From Pseudomonadota bacterium (GTDB lineage: Bacteria; Pseudomonadota; Alphaproteobacteria; CADEGL01), in NCBI GenBank assembly GCA_027619995.1, contig JAQCGR010000001.1, positions 1-39,409 of the forward strand: 39,409 nucleotides of DNA, written 5' to 3'. This document shows, one piece after another, positions 8,518-17,892 of the stretch; positions within the stretch are counted from its first letter, which is position 1; each line of letters opens with the position of its first letter. A program made the translations under genes and the position numbers. The notes under the pieces were generated by a model that worked only from the letters and a program-made list of their open reading frames with translations, did not search any database and was not told where the DNA came from.

Positions 8518-10368
8518 CTAGCTCTCCAATCGGCTGCGGACGGCCTGTTCGATTTCCGCGATCTTGAAGGGCAGCCCGTTCACCTTGTTGAAGCCCTCGG
8601 CCGCGACGAGATACTCGGCGCGCAGCACTTGGACGAGCTGTCCGTTGTTCATTTCCGGCACCACCACCTGGTCGTAGCCGGCCAGCAGTTCGCCCAGATT
8701 GCGCGGCAGCGGCCAGATATGGCGCAGGTGGATGTGCGAGACGTCGAGCCCCTCGGCACGCAGGTTGAGGACCGCGCGGCTGATCGGGCCATAGGTCGAG
8801 CCCCAGCCGACCAGGGCCAGCTTGCCGCCCTCGCGTCCCTGATCGACGGTCTGCTCGGGGATGTCCTTGGCGATGCCGCGAATTTTCGCCGCGCGCACAT
8901 CGGTCATCCGCTGGTGGTTGGCCGGGTCGTAGGAGATATGGCCGCTGTCGTAGTCCTTCTCAATGCCGCCGATGCGGTGTTCGAGGCCGGGCGTGCCGGG
9001 CTTGGCCCAGTTCCGCGCCAGGGTCTCGGGATCGCGCAGATAGGGATGGAAACCCTCCACCTCCTCGCGATGATGGACCGGGAAGGGCTCCAGCTTGGAC
9101 AGATCGGGCAGCAGCCAGGGTTCGGCCGCGTTCACGATATAGCCGTCGGTCAGCACGATCACCGGCGTCATGTATTTGGTCGCCAGACGCACCGCCTCAA
9201 TTCCCACTTCGAAACAATCGCCCGGCGCGCGCGCGGCCAGGACGACGAGGGGGCTGTCGGCGTTGCGGCCCCAGACCGCCTGCAGCAGGTCCGACTGTTC
9301 GGTCTTGGTCGGCAGGCCGGTCGAGGGGCCTGCGCGCTGGGCGTCGACCACGATCAGCGGCAATTCGGTGCCGATGGCCAGGCCGATCGCCTCGGTCTTG
9401 AGCGCCACGCCGGGGCCGGAACTGGAGGTGATGCCGAGCGAGCCGGCATAGGAGGCGCCGATGGCGGCGCAGACCGCCGCGATCTCGTCCTCCGCCTGGA
9501 AAGTCGTCAGATCGAACTGGCGCAGCCCGGCCAGGGTGTGCAGCAGGGACGAGGCCGGGGTGATCGGATAGGAGCAGAAGACCAGCTTGATCCCGGCCAG
9601 CTGCGTGCCGGCAAGGAGGCCCCAGGCCATCGCGTCGGTGCCGGTCACGGTGCGGTACTCGCCCGGCGCGATTTCCGCCTCGGGCACGGCATAGGCATGG
9701 ACGTCGCCCGGCAGTTCGGCCGTCTCGCCGAAGGCATGGCCGGCGTTGAGCGCGGCGATATTGGCCCCGGCGATGTCCGGGCGCTTGGCGAATTTGGTCT
9801 TGAGCCATTTGACGCTGGCGTCGCGCTCGCGGTTGTAGAGCCAGTAGACCAATCCCAGCGTCCACATGTTCTTGCAGCGCAGGGCCTCTTTCTGGGTCAG
9901 GCCGAATTCCTTGACCGCTTCCAGGGTCAGCTTGGAAACGTCGATCGACCAGACCTGATAGGCGTCGAGGCTCTGGTCCTCGAGCGGATTGGTCTCGTAG
10001 CCGGCCTTTTTCAGGTTGCGGTCGCTGAAGGCGCCCGAATCGGCGATCACCAGGCCGCCCGCGCGCAGGTTGCCGATATTGGTGATCAGCGCGGCGGGGT
10101 TGAGGGCGATCAGAACATCGGGCTGGTCGCCGGCTGTGCGGATCTCGCGTGCGCCGAAATTGATCTGGAAGGCGCTGACGCCGTAGGTCGTGCCGGCGGG
10201 CGCCCGGATCTCCGCCGGAAAGTCCGGAAAGGTGGCCAGATCGTTGCCCGCGAGCGCCGTCGCGAGGGTGAAATGGTTGCCCGTAAGTTGCAGGCCGTCG
10301 CCCGAGTCGCCTGCGAAACGCACGACGACCGAATCGAGACTTTCGCGGCCCGCGATCGATCCTTCCAT
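8518..10368 (-). CDS. korA: 2-oxoglutarate:ferredoxin oxidoreductase alpha subunit, 616 aa
   Basis: Starts MEGSIAGRESLDSVVVRFAGDSGDGLQLTG. ATG 10368 is preceded by GGAGATAGAGGAATC. The 105-aa N-terminal extension in the track (to 10683) is Arg/Gly-rich junk that overlaps the 3' end of the upstream reductase gene (10581..10683). Confidence 0.92.
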   Translation of the reverse strand: MEGSIAGRESLDSVVVRFAGDSGDGLQLTGNHFTLATALAGNDLATFPDFPAEIRAPAGTTYGVSAFQINFGAREIRTAGDQPDVLIALNPAALITNIGNLRAGGLVIADSGAFSDRNLKKAGYETNPLEDQSLDAYQVWSIDVSKLTLEAVKEFGLTQKEALRCKNMWTLGLVYWLYNRERDASVKWLKTKFAKRPDIAGANIAALNAGHAFGETAELPGDVHAYAVPEAEIAPGEYRTVTGTDAMAWGLLAGTQLAGIKLVFCSYPITPASSLLHTLAGLRQFDLTTFQAEDEIAAVCAAIGASYAGSLGITSSSGPGVALKTEAIGLAIGTELPLIVVDAQRAGPSTGLPTKTEQSDLLQAVWGRNADSPLVVLAARAPGDCFEVGIEAVRLATKYMTPVIVLTDGYIVNAAEPWLLPDLSKLEPFPVHHREEVEGFHPYLRDPETLARNWAKPGTPGLEHRIGGIEKDYDSGHISYDPANHQRMTDVRAAKIRGIAKDIPEQTVDQGREGGKLALVGWGSTYGPISRAVLNLRAEGLDVSHIHLRHIWPLPRNLGELLAGYDQVVVPEMNNGQLVQVLRAEYLVAAEGFNKVNGLPFKIAEIEQAVRSRLES

Positions 10369-10580
10369 GATTCCTCTATCTCCGGTCTCTTGTCCCGTCG
10401 CGCTTGCCCTGGCCCCGCCTTCTGGCGGCGGGGCTCCACCGGGCGTTCGTCTGGACCTTGCGGATCCCCCAGGGTCGATTCCCCGGGCCGATCTGCGGTG
10501 TTCGCCCCATAATGATCCGGGCGACCCGGCACTAGATAGATCGCCCGCTCGTCTTCGTCCATGGCCCGCCGTTTTCCCGG

Positions 10581-11912
10581 TCAGGAAACCAGCACGTCCA
10601 GCATCTCCTCCACGGCCACGAATTTGCGCCGCGGCGCGGGTTTTGTGGCGGTGGATATTTCCGCTTCGTCGATCTTTTGCCAATCCTCGTAGGTGACGTA
10701 GCGGAGTCCCTTGCCGTCGAGCAGGGTTTCGAGGCCGCGCCGGCCTTCCTTGCCGGCGCCAAGATCATCCAAATTGCCCAGATCGCCCAGAATGCGCTGG
10801 GCGACGATATCGCCGTCCGGTTTGTTCGTGCCGATCACGCCGGTCGGGCCGCGCTTGACCCATCCCGCGCAATAGACCCCGTCCTCGACATGGCCGTCGT
10901 CGTTGACGATGACGCCGTTATCCGTATCGAAGGGCAGGCCCTCGACTGGCGCGGCCTGATAGCCGATGGCCGGCAGCACCAAGCCGCAATCGACCTCGAA
11001 GAATTCGCCCGTGCCGCGCGCCCGGCCGCCCTCGACCGCCGTGCGCTCCAGGCGCAGGGCTTCGACCCGGTCGCCACCCAGGATCTCGACCGGCTTGGCG
11101 TAGAAGGCGAAATGCACCCGTTTGGATTTGCCGGCCGGGTCCAAGGCGGTGAATTCGCGCAGGGTCTCGAGATTCCTCTCGCGCAGGCGCCGGTCGCGTG
11201 GACTCCAGTCGCCTTCGACCGAGTCCGGCAGGTCGGCCGGATCGACCACGGGATGGCTGTCGCTTAGGTTGCCCATCTCGCGCAGCTCGACATTGGTGAA
11301 CTTGGCCTCGATCGGGCCGCGCCGCCCGAACATGTAGACGTCCTTGATCCCGCCCTTGTGGATCGCCTGGGCGGCATAGTCCGGCAGGTCCGTCTCGGCC
11401 ATTTCCGCCGGTGTCTTCACCAGCACCCGGGCGATGTCGATCGCCACGTTGCCGTTGCCGATCACCGCGGCGGCGGAGCAGGAAAGATCGGGGTCGAGGG
11501 ACCGGAAATCGGGATGGCCGTTGTACCAGCCGACGAAGGCGGCGGCGCCGAACACACCCTTCTTGTCCTCGCCGGGAATGCCCAGCGGCCGGTCGAGCGG
11601 CGAACCGATGGACAGGACCACGGCGTCGTAAAGGGCTTTCAATGCGTCGAGCGAGACGTCCTTGCCCAGTTCGACATTGCCGTAGAAACGCACCCGCTCA
11701 TTCTGGGCCGTACGGTCATAGGCCTTGATCACGCGCTTGGTCGTCTGATGGTCGGGCGCGACGCCGCCGCGAATCAGGCCGAACGGCGTCGGCAGCCGGT
11801 CGATCAGATCGATCTCCAGATCCAAGCCGGATTCAAGAGCGGATTTGAGAAGGGCGTCCGCCGTGTAGAAGCCGCCCGGGCCAGTGCCGATAATGGCGAC
11901 CCGCAAGGTCAT
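10581..11912 (-). CDS. Adrenodoxin-reductase/FprA-type NADPH:ferredoxin reductase, 443 aa
   Basis: Has two dinucleotide folds, IIGTGPGGFYTA and VIGNGNVAIDIARVL, plus GWVKRGPTGVIGTNK, which is typical of FprA/AdR-like enzymes. Confidence 0.85.
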   Translation of the reverse strand: MTLRVAIIGTGPGGFYTADALLKSALESGLDLEIDLIDRLPTPFGLIRGGVAPDHQTTKRVIKAYDRTAQNERVRFYGNVELGKDVSLDALKALYDAVVLSIGSPLDRPLGIPGEDKKGVFGAAAFVGWYNGHPDFRSLDPDLSCSAAAVIGNGNVAIDIARVLVKTPAEMAETDLPDYAAQAIHKGGIKDVYMFGRRGPIEAKFTNVELREMGNLSDSHPVVDPADLPDSVEGDWSPRDRRLRERNLETLREFTALDPAGKSKRVHFAFYAKPVEILGGDRVEALRLERTAVEGGRARGTGEFFEVDCGLVLPAIGYQAAPVEGLPFDTDNGVIVNDDGHVEDGVYCAGWVKRGPTGVIGTNKPDGDIVAQRILGDLGNLDDLGAGKEGRRGLETLLDGKGLRYVTYEDWQKIDEAEISTATKPAPRRKFVAVEEMLDVLVS

Positions 11913-12128
11913 TTCCCTGCCACCGATTCGATGCCTCCCCCAAGGCCCCTGCGCCTGAAACGTCGCGGCATGCGTTACCGATCATAACCTCACCGCGCAT
12001 TCTGTCCACAGGTGTCGCGCCCGGGCCGCGACCCGGGCATGCCTGTGTTGCAAAGCGAGGGGCCTTATGGTTCCGTCCGCCCTCTTCGCCGCGAGGGGGA
12101 AACTGGGGCAGGACGAAGGGAAACGGCC

Positions 12129-13343
12129 ATGGCAAAGTTCAAGACGATCGAGGATCTGGGCGAGAATCTGGGCGATCTGCGCGGCCGTCGTGTGCTGGTG
12201 CGCGGCGATCTGAATGTCCCTCTGCGCGACGGCCGGGTCGGCGATACCACGCGCCTCGACCGCCTTGTGCCGACCCTGCTGACCCTTGCTGACCGGGGTG
12301 CGAAAGTCGTCCTGCTGTCCCATTTCGGGCGACCCAACGGCAAGCCCGACCCGGCGATGAGCCTGCGGCCGATCGCCGAGGCCCTGGCCGCGGTGCTGGG
12401 AGACCGGCCCGTCGCCTTCGCGGGCGATTGCGTGGGGCCGGAGGCCGAGGCCGCCGTTGCCGCCCTGCCCGATGGCGGCATTCTCGTTCTCGAAAATCTT
12501 CGGTTCCATCCGGGGGAGGAGGCCAACGATCCGGCCTTCGCCGAAGGTCTGGCCGCCCTCGGCGACGCCTATGTGAACGACGCCTTCTCGGCCGCGCACC
12601 GCGCCCATGCGTCGACCGAGGCCCTGGCTCGCCTGCTGCCGGCGGCGGCCGGGCGGCTGATGCAGGCGGAACTCGACCATCTGGCCCAGGCGCTCGACAA
12701 TCCCGAGAGGCCGGTCTGCGCGGTGGTCGGCGGCGCCAAGATTTCGTCCAAGCTAGACCTGCTCGGCAATCTCGTCGCCAAGGTCGATCAGCTCGCCATC
12801 GGCGGCGGCATGGCCAACACTTTCCTGAATGCCCGGCGCATCAGGGTCGGCCGTTCCCTCTGCGAACACGATCTGGCCAAGACCGCGCGCGAGATCGAGA
12901 AGGCGGCCGAGGCCCAGGGCTGCGAGATCCTGCTGCCCGTGGATGTGGTCATCGCCCGCGCCTTGGAGCCGGGGGTGCCTTGCGAGACCGTGGCCGTCCG
13001 CGACGTGCCGCGCGACATGATGATCCTGGATGTCGGGCCGGAGACGGTTGCCCTGCTGAAAGCCAGGCTCGACGCCGCCAAGACCCTGGTCTGGAACGGC
13101 CCGCTGGGCGCCTTCGAGACGGCGCCTTTCGACGAAGGCACGAATGCCGTGGCACGCCACGCCGTCGCCTTGACCCGGCGCGGCGTCCTGCTCTCCGTCG
13201 CGGGCGGGGGCGACACGGTCGCCGCCCTGGCCCATGCCGGGGCCGAGACGGGCTTCTCCTATGTCTCGACCGCGGGCGGGGCCTTCCTGGAATGGCTCGA
13301 AGGCAAGACCCTGCCGGGCGTGGCCGCGTTGGAGACGGTCTAG
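12129..13343 (+). CDS. pgk: Phosphoglycerate kinase, 404 aa
   Basis: Contains [23 protein letters not shown] and [12 protein letters not shown] chose the ATG at 12129 ([10 protein letters not shown]) rather than the upstream GTG-extended ORF. Confidence 0.96.
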   Translation: MAKFKTIEDLGENLGDLRGRRVLVRGDLNVPLRDGRVGDTTRLDRLVPTLLTLADRGAKVVLLSHFGRPNGKPDPAMSLRPIAEALAAVLGDRPVAFAGDCVGPEAEAAVAALPDGGILVLENLRFHPGEEANDPAFAEGLAALGDAYVNDAFSAAHRAHASTEALARLLPAAAGRLMQAELDHLAQALDNPERPVCAVVGGAKISSKLDLLGNLVAKVDQLAIGGGMANTFLNARRIRVGRSLCEHDLAKTAREIEKAAEAQGCEILLPVDVVIARALEPGVPCETVAVRDVPRDMMILDVGPETVALLKARLDAAKTLVWNGPLGAFETAPFDEGTNAVARHAVALTRRGVLLSVAGGGDTVAALAHAGAETGFSYVSTAGGAFLEWLEGKTLPGVAALETV

Positions 13344-13351
13344 AGGGACCC

Positions 13352-14599
13352 TCAGCAGGCGATTTCGGCCGGGCTGTCGTCGAGCAGGCGGATGGCGTTG
13401 AGATAATCGGGGTCGCGCTGCCAGCGGCGCAGCACGCGCGCCGCCGCCTTCGCATCGATGCTGTCGAAGAATTCGAGAACCTTGACGAGTTCCGCGGGGT
13501 CGACCTGCTTGTCGCCGGGCCGCGCCTGGCGGCTCAACAGAAAGATCGAGGCGAAGATGGGTTTGTCGATGGCCACAGCGCGGCAAGCGATGGCCAGGGC
13601 CTCGCCGCCCGGTTCATAGAGGAAACGTCGGATCAACCTGGCGCGCAGCCCGCAACGGCGCGCGATCAACATCTCGAACAGTCTGATCCGCCCCTCGCGC
13701 AGCAGCTGGACCAGATGCCCGGCCGTGATTTCGCCATCGGTCAGGGCCTCCGCGCTTCGGCGCAGGCTTTCCGGCTCCAAGGGCTCGGGCTCGACCGTCC
13801 CGGGCGCGAGCGCGCCAACCGCCGCTTCGATCGAATCGTCCAGGGTCGCCGGATCGATCCGGTAATGCTCAAGAATATGATGGCGCAGCGCGGCGGAAAC
13901 CCACCAATACATGCGCTTGGCCAGGGTTGGATCCAGGTCGGCGCGATGGACCAACGGTTCTTGATAGGCCGAAACGCTCCGCGAGTCCTCGACCAGCCGG
14001 GCATAGGTCTCGTCCGAGAAACGCGCGCCCGCATTGCCCAACAGGGTGGTCACCACCTCTTCCTCGCCGGCCTCGACCAGGGCCGCCGCCAGATCCTCGC
14101 CGACCTGGTCGCGCATGGCGACCGAGAGGCGATGTTCCAGGGTCCGGTGGCGCACGATCTCGATCAATTCGCCGTCGCGCAACAGCGGACTGCGCAGCAG
14201 GATCGGATGGGCCACCTCGATCGCGTCATTGGCCAGGGCGACGATCAGGTCGGGCGAAACGTCGTTCCGGTCGGCCAGGCGTTCCGCCAGGGTCTGGCGC
14301 ACGCTCATCTCCACCTCATGGACGAGGTGGCGCAGGATTTCGCCCATCAGGGCGCGTTCGCGCTCGCTCAACGTGTCGTGGCTGCCGCCGAAAAGGTCGG
14401 TCAGGCTGGATATGAGGGCTGCGCGCCCCGCCGAGGTTTTCTCCTGGGCAAGGCGCATCAGGGCTTCAAGCTGGACCTCTCCGTCTGGCATCGCCGCTTC
14501 GCCGCGTTTCGCGGCCTCCCTGTCGCTGGCCTTGCCCGTCCCGCCGCGCAAGACATCGAGCCGATCGCGCCTGTTCAAAATCTCATGCTCGCCCACCAT
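13352..14599 (-). CDS. DUF2336-family protein (alphaproteobacterial, function unknown), 415 aa
   Basis: An all-helical repeat protein. The segments LRHLVHEVEMSVRQTLAERLA and RMYWWVSAALRHHIL match my memory of DUF2336. The start is uncertain; 14491 is an alternative. Confidence 0.7.
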   Translation of the reverse strand: MVGEHEILNRRDRLDVLRGGTGKASDREAAKRGEAAMPDGEVQLEALMRLAQEKTSAGRAALISSLTDLFGGSHDTLSERERALMGEILRHLVHEVEMSVRQTLAERLADRNDVSPDLIVALANDAIEVAHPILLRSPLLRDGELIEIVRHRTLEHRLSVAMRDQVGEDLAAALVEAGEEEVVTTLLGNAGARFSDETYARLVEDSRSVSAYQEPLVHRADLDPTLAKRMYWWVSAALRHHILEHYRIDPATLDDSIEAAVGALAPGTVEPEPLEPESLRRSAEALTDGEITAGHLVQLLREGRIRLFEMLIARRCGLRARLIRRFLYEPGGEALAIACRAVAIDKPIFASIFLLSRQARPGDKQVDPAELVKVLEFFDSIDAKAAARVLRRWQRDPDYLNAIRLLDDSPAEIAC

Positions 14600-14701
14600 G
14601 CTTGCGATTTGGTTAATCGGGGGGCCGAACTAGTCTCTCCCGTTGGGTCGAGCCGGTAGGGCGGCGGCGCGAAACGACCCACGGTGCGATGGAGAGTCTC
14701 G

Positions 14702-15937
14702 ATGAACCTTTCTGCCGGTCTGGTTGCCTTGTGGATCCTCGGCCTCGGTCTCGTCTCGCCGGCCCTGGCGGCGGGGCCGGATGAAAGATCGGGCGATCGG
14801 TTCGAGATTCGGCCCGGCGATCTGCCGCCGCCCTATGCGACGGATGCGGCCTCGAACGGCTCGGACTATCAATGCTGCCCGCCGGGCTTGGCTTTCCATC
14901 TGCCCGACGGCTTTCGCTGGAATGCTTTCGCCACAAGCGTGACCCATGCCCGCTGGCTTGCCACGGCGCCCAATGGCGACGTGTTCGTCGCCATGTCCGG
15001 GCCAGGCCGGATCGGGCTCTTGCGCGATGCCGATGGCGATGGCGTGGCCGAGGCCAAGAGCGTTTTCGCCGAGGGCTTCCAGCGGCCGCACGGGTTGGCC
15101 CTGCGCCCCGGCTATCTCTATGTCGCGGATGTCAAGCGGGTCTGGCGGATTCCCTACGAGCCCGGCGACACCGCCGCGCGCGCACCGGCCGAGGCGGTCA
15201 CGCCCGACGGCGCGCTGGGCGCCGCCTCGGGCCATTGGACGCGCAATATCGCCTTCGCCCCGGACGGGTCGCGCTTCTATGTCGCGATCGGCTCGCGCGG
15301 CAATGTCGGGGAGGAGGCGCCGCCCCGGGCCAGCGTGCAAAGCTTCGCCGCCGACGGCTCCGACCAGCGCAGCTTCGCCACCGGGTTGCGCAATCCCGTT
15401 GGTATCGCCTTCCGCCCCGGCACCGAGGATCTCTATGTCGTGGTCAACGAGCGCGACGGTCTGGGCGACGGGCTGGTGCCCGACTATCTGACCCGGGTGG
15501 CGGACGGCGGCTTCTACGGCTGGCCCTACAGCTATATCGGCGCCCATCCCCAGCCGGGGCTGGAAGGCAAGCGCCTCGATCTGGTCGCGCGCGCGATCGT
15601 GCCCGATCTCCTGTTCGAGAGCCATTCCGCGCCGCTCGGCCTGGTCTTCTATCAGGGCGATCAGTTCCCCGAGGAATATCGCGGCGATGCCTTCGTCGCC
15701 CTTCACGGCTCCTGGGATGCGGCCCGGCCGACCGGCTACAAGATTGTGCGCGTGCCCTTCGAAGACGGCCGCCCGACCGGGGCCTATGAGAATTTTGCGA
15801 CCGGATTCTGGTTCGAGGGCGTGGACCGGGCCACGGTCTGGGGCCGCCCGGCCGGCCTTGCCGTGGCCAGGGACGGCGCGCTGCTCATCGCCGACGACTC
15901 CTCCAGCACGGTTTGGCGCATCAGCTACGAGCGATGA
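14702..15937 (+). CDS. PQQ-dependent sugar (aldose/sorbosone) dehydrogenase, periplasmic, 411 aa
   Basis: Signal peptide MNLSAGLVALWILGLGLVSPALA|AG. Beta-propeller sGDH/YliI-like segments are present (RNPVGIAFRPG, ERDGLGDGLVPDYL, GGFYGWPYSY). GGAGAG lies upstream of ATG 14702. Confidence 0.85.
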   Translation: MNLSAGLVALWILGLGLVSPALAAGPDERSGDRFEIRPGDLPPPYATDAASNGSDYQCCPPGLAFHLPDGFRWNAFATSVTHARWLATAPNGDVFVAMSGPGRIGLLRDADGDGVAEAKSVFAEGFQRPHGLALRPGYLYVADVKRVWRIPYEPGDTAARAPAEAVTPDGALGAASGHWTRNIAFAPDGSRFYVAIGSRGNVGEEAPPRASVQSFAADGSDQRSFATGLRNPVGIAFRPGTEDLYVVVNERDGLGDGLVPDYLTRVADGGFYGWPYSYIGAHPQPGLEGKRLDLVARAIVPDLLFESHSAPLGLVFYQGDQFPEEYRGDAFVALHGSWDAARPTGYKIVRVPFEDGRPTGAYENFATGFWFEGVDRATVWGRPAGLAVARDGALLIADDSSSTVWRISYER

Positions 15938-16016
15938 TCGGATTCGCCGGCCCAGGCTGCGGCCGTCCTGCCTCTGTGCTAGCGTCCATTCCTATTCGTT
16001 GAGGGGAGGATCGGCT

Positions 16017-16715
16017 GTGGCCGCGCGTATTCTGGTACTGCTTTTTGCCGCTATCTTTTGCGGCACGGTTCTGGTGCCGGGGGCGCAGGCCGCCAGGAAC
16101 GATTCGGAAGTCTGCGGCCAGCTCGTGCGCGAATATTCCGAGGGCAATTCGCGGGTCTCCGAATACGGCGTGACGGCGGAACTCGATCCCCAGATCGCCC
16201 TGTTGCGCCAGATCTACGTCAACACTTTGATGGTGCGCCAGGGCATCGTGCTCGACTATCTGCGCTGGTACGGCTGCAAGCTGCCGGACAATCCCCTGCC
16301 GCCCGTGCCCGAACTGAACATCAAGCAATTCGTCGAAATGGCCAGCGCCTCCGCCCCGGGCGAGGACGTGACCGTGGCCAACGACCGGCGCCTCAAGATC
16401 AACCGGGTTCGCATCCTCGACCTGCTGCGTGACGCTGCCGCGATCAACGCCCTGCCGGCGGCCTGCGCGGGCAGTGCCTCCTTCGCCGCCTCCGACATCC
16501 AGGAGCTTTTCGACCGGCTCTACGAGGTCGGTTACCGCACCGACGATGTCTATTACTTCCAGACCCAATACGACGAGGCCTTCAAGGGCCAATACGACGT
16601 CGTGCGCACATCGATCCGGCAATCCGGCTTCGATACGATCTGCAACCGCGACATGACGGTCGAAACGCGCACCGCCTTCGACAAGTTGGAGAGCATCCGG
16701 AGTCTGTTCCGGTGA
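16017..16715 (+). CDS. Secreted hypothetical protein, 232 aa, 4 Cys in the mature part
   Basis: GTG 16017 is preceded by GAGGGGAGGA. The signal peptide is VAARILVLLFAAIFCGTVLVPGAQA|AR. I recognise no domain. Its stop overlaps the next gene's GTG (GTGA at 16712-16715). Confidence 0.65.
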   Translation: MAARILVLLFAAIFCGTVLVPGAQAARNDSEVCGQLVREYSEGNSRVSEYGVTAELDPQIALLRQIYVNTLMVRQGIVLDYLRWYGCKLPDNPLPPVPELNIKQFVEMASASAPGEDVTVANDRRLKINRVRILDLLRDAAAINALPAACAGSASFAASDIQELFDRLYEVGYRTDDVYYFQTQYDEAFKGQYDVVRTSIRQSGFDTICNRDMTVETRTAFDKLESIRSLFR

Positions 16716-17590
16716 GCGGTCTCCGGGTGGCGCTCGGTATCGGTGTCCGCCTGGGCGAAGGACCGGTCTGGTGTCCGCGCGAGCAGGCGCTCTATTTCGT
16801 CGATTCGATGGCGCCCGAACTGCTGCGCTGGCATCCGTCGACGGGCGATGTCGCGCGCTGGCCACTGCCAGATCTGATTGGCAGCTTCGCCCTGCGCGCG
16901 AGCGGCGGGGCCGTGCTGGCCCTGCGCCAAGGGCTGTTCGCCTTCGATTTCGACAGCGGCGTGGCGGAGCAGGTGGTCGATCTGGCGGCGGAGAATCCGG
17001 AGAACCGGTTCAACGACGGCAAATGCGACCGGCGCGGCCGTTTCTGGGCCGGAACGATGCATTTTGCCGGACTGCCGCGCCTGCCCAAGGGCTTCCTCTA
17101 TCGCTTCGAGGCGGATTTCACCCATGCCCGGCGGGAAAGCGGCATCCGCACCTCCAACGGCATCGGCTGGAGCCCGGATGATCGCACCATGTATTACACC
17201 GACACGCGGATCGGGCGGATCTATGCTTACGACTACGACTTGGCGACGGGGGAAAACGCGAACCGCCGCGATTTCGTGGTAGTGGACGAAGCGACGGGCC
17301 GGCCGGACGGCCTGACCGTGGACAGCGAAGGCGGGGTGTGGAGCGCCAATTGGGGTGGCGCGCGAGTCCTGCGCTATCGCCCCGACGGCACTATCGACCG
17401 GGTCGTCGAAACGCCGGTCGAGCGGCCGACCAGCCTGACGATCGGCGGGCCGGACATGAAGACCCTCTACATCACTTCGGCCTGGGACGGTCTGGACGAC
17501 GCGGCCCGCGCGGCCCAGCCCCTGGCCGGCCATGTCTTCGCCCTGGACCTCGATATTCCAGGCCTGCCCGAGCCGCGCTTCGCCGGCTGA
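16712..17590 (+). CDS. SMP-30/gluconolactonase/LRE-family lactonase, 292 aa
   Basis: Contains LGEGPVWCPREQALYFVD, NDGKCDRRGRFWAGT, SNGIGWSPD and GRPDGLTVDSEGGVW. There is no signal peptide. Confidence 0.88.
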   Translation: MSGLRVALGIGVRLGEGPVWCPREQALYFVDSMAPELLRWHPSTGDVARWPLPDLIGSFALRASGGAVLALRQGLFAFDFDSGVAEQVVDLAAENPENRFNDGKCDRRGRFWAGTMHFAGLPRLPKGFLYRFEADFTHARRESGIRTSNGIGWSPDDRTMYYTDTRIGRIYAYDYDLATGENANRRDFVVVDEATGRPDGLTVDSEGGVWSANWGGARVLRYRPDGTIDRVVETPVERPTSLTIGGPDMKTLYITSAWDGLDDAARAAQPLAGHVFALDLDIPGLPEPRFAG

Positions 17591-17643
17591 ATCCGGCGCG
17601 CCGTTAACCTCTCGTTAGCCATGCAGGCGCCATCCTGCCCGGC

Positions 17644-17847
17644 ATGACCCCCAGCGCATCCCTGCTTCATGCCATTTCCGGCCTGACCGCGCCCAAACCG
17701 GCCGCGCCCCAGGCTGCGGTGCATCAGGCCGCCGCGACCGCATCCAGGCCAGAGCCGGAAACGACCGCCACGCGCGACGGTACCGCCATGCCGAAGACCT
17801 TCGATCCGGCCGCACCGCGCGGCCGCTATCTGGATATCGTCGCCTAG
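17644..17847 (+). CDS. Possible small Ala/Pro-rich protein, 67 aa (hypothetical)
   Basis: The ORF fills an otherwise empty 300-bp gap and has G/C-rich third positions. It has no Shine-Dalgarno and no family I recognise. Confidence 0.3.
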   Translation: MTPSASLLHAISGLTAPKPAAPQAAVHQAAATASRPEPETTATRDGTAMPKTFDPAAPRGRYLDIVA

Positions 17848-17892
17848 ACCTGACGGCTTGCCAGCCGGCGACACGCATTCCAGAGTCCTGGA

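Noticed and set aside
10110-10562. A 150-aa ORF (MDEDERAIYL...) in the fprA-korA spacer, considered as the missing ferredoxin.
   Set aside because: - It has no Cys cluster.
- Its composition is Arg/Pro/Asp-rich.
- It overlaps the korA start out of frame.
- Its third-position GC is mixed.
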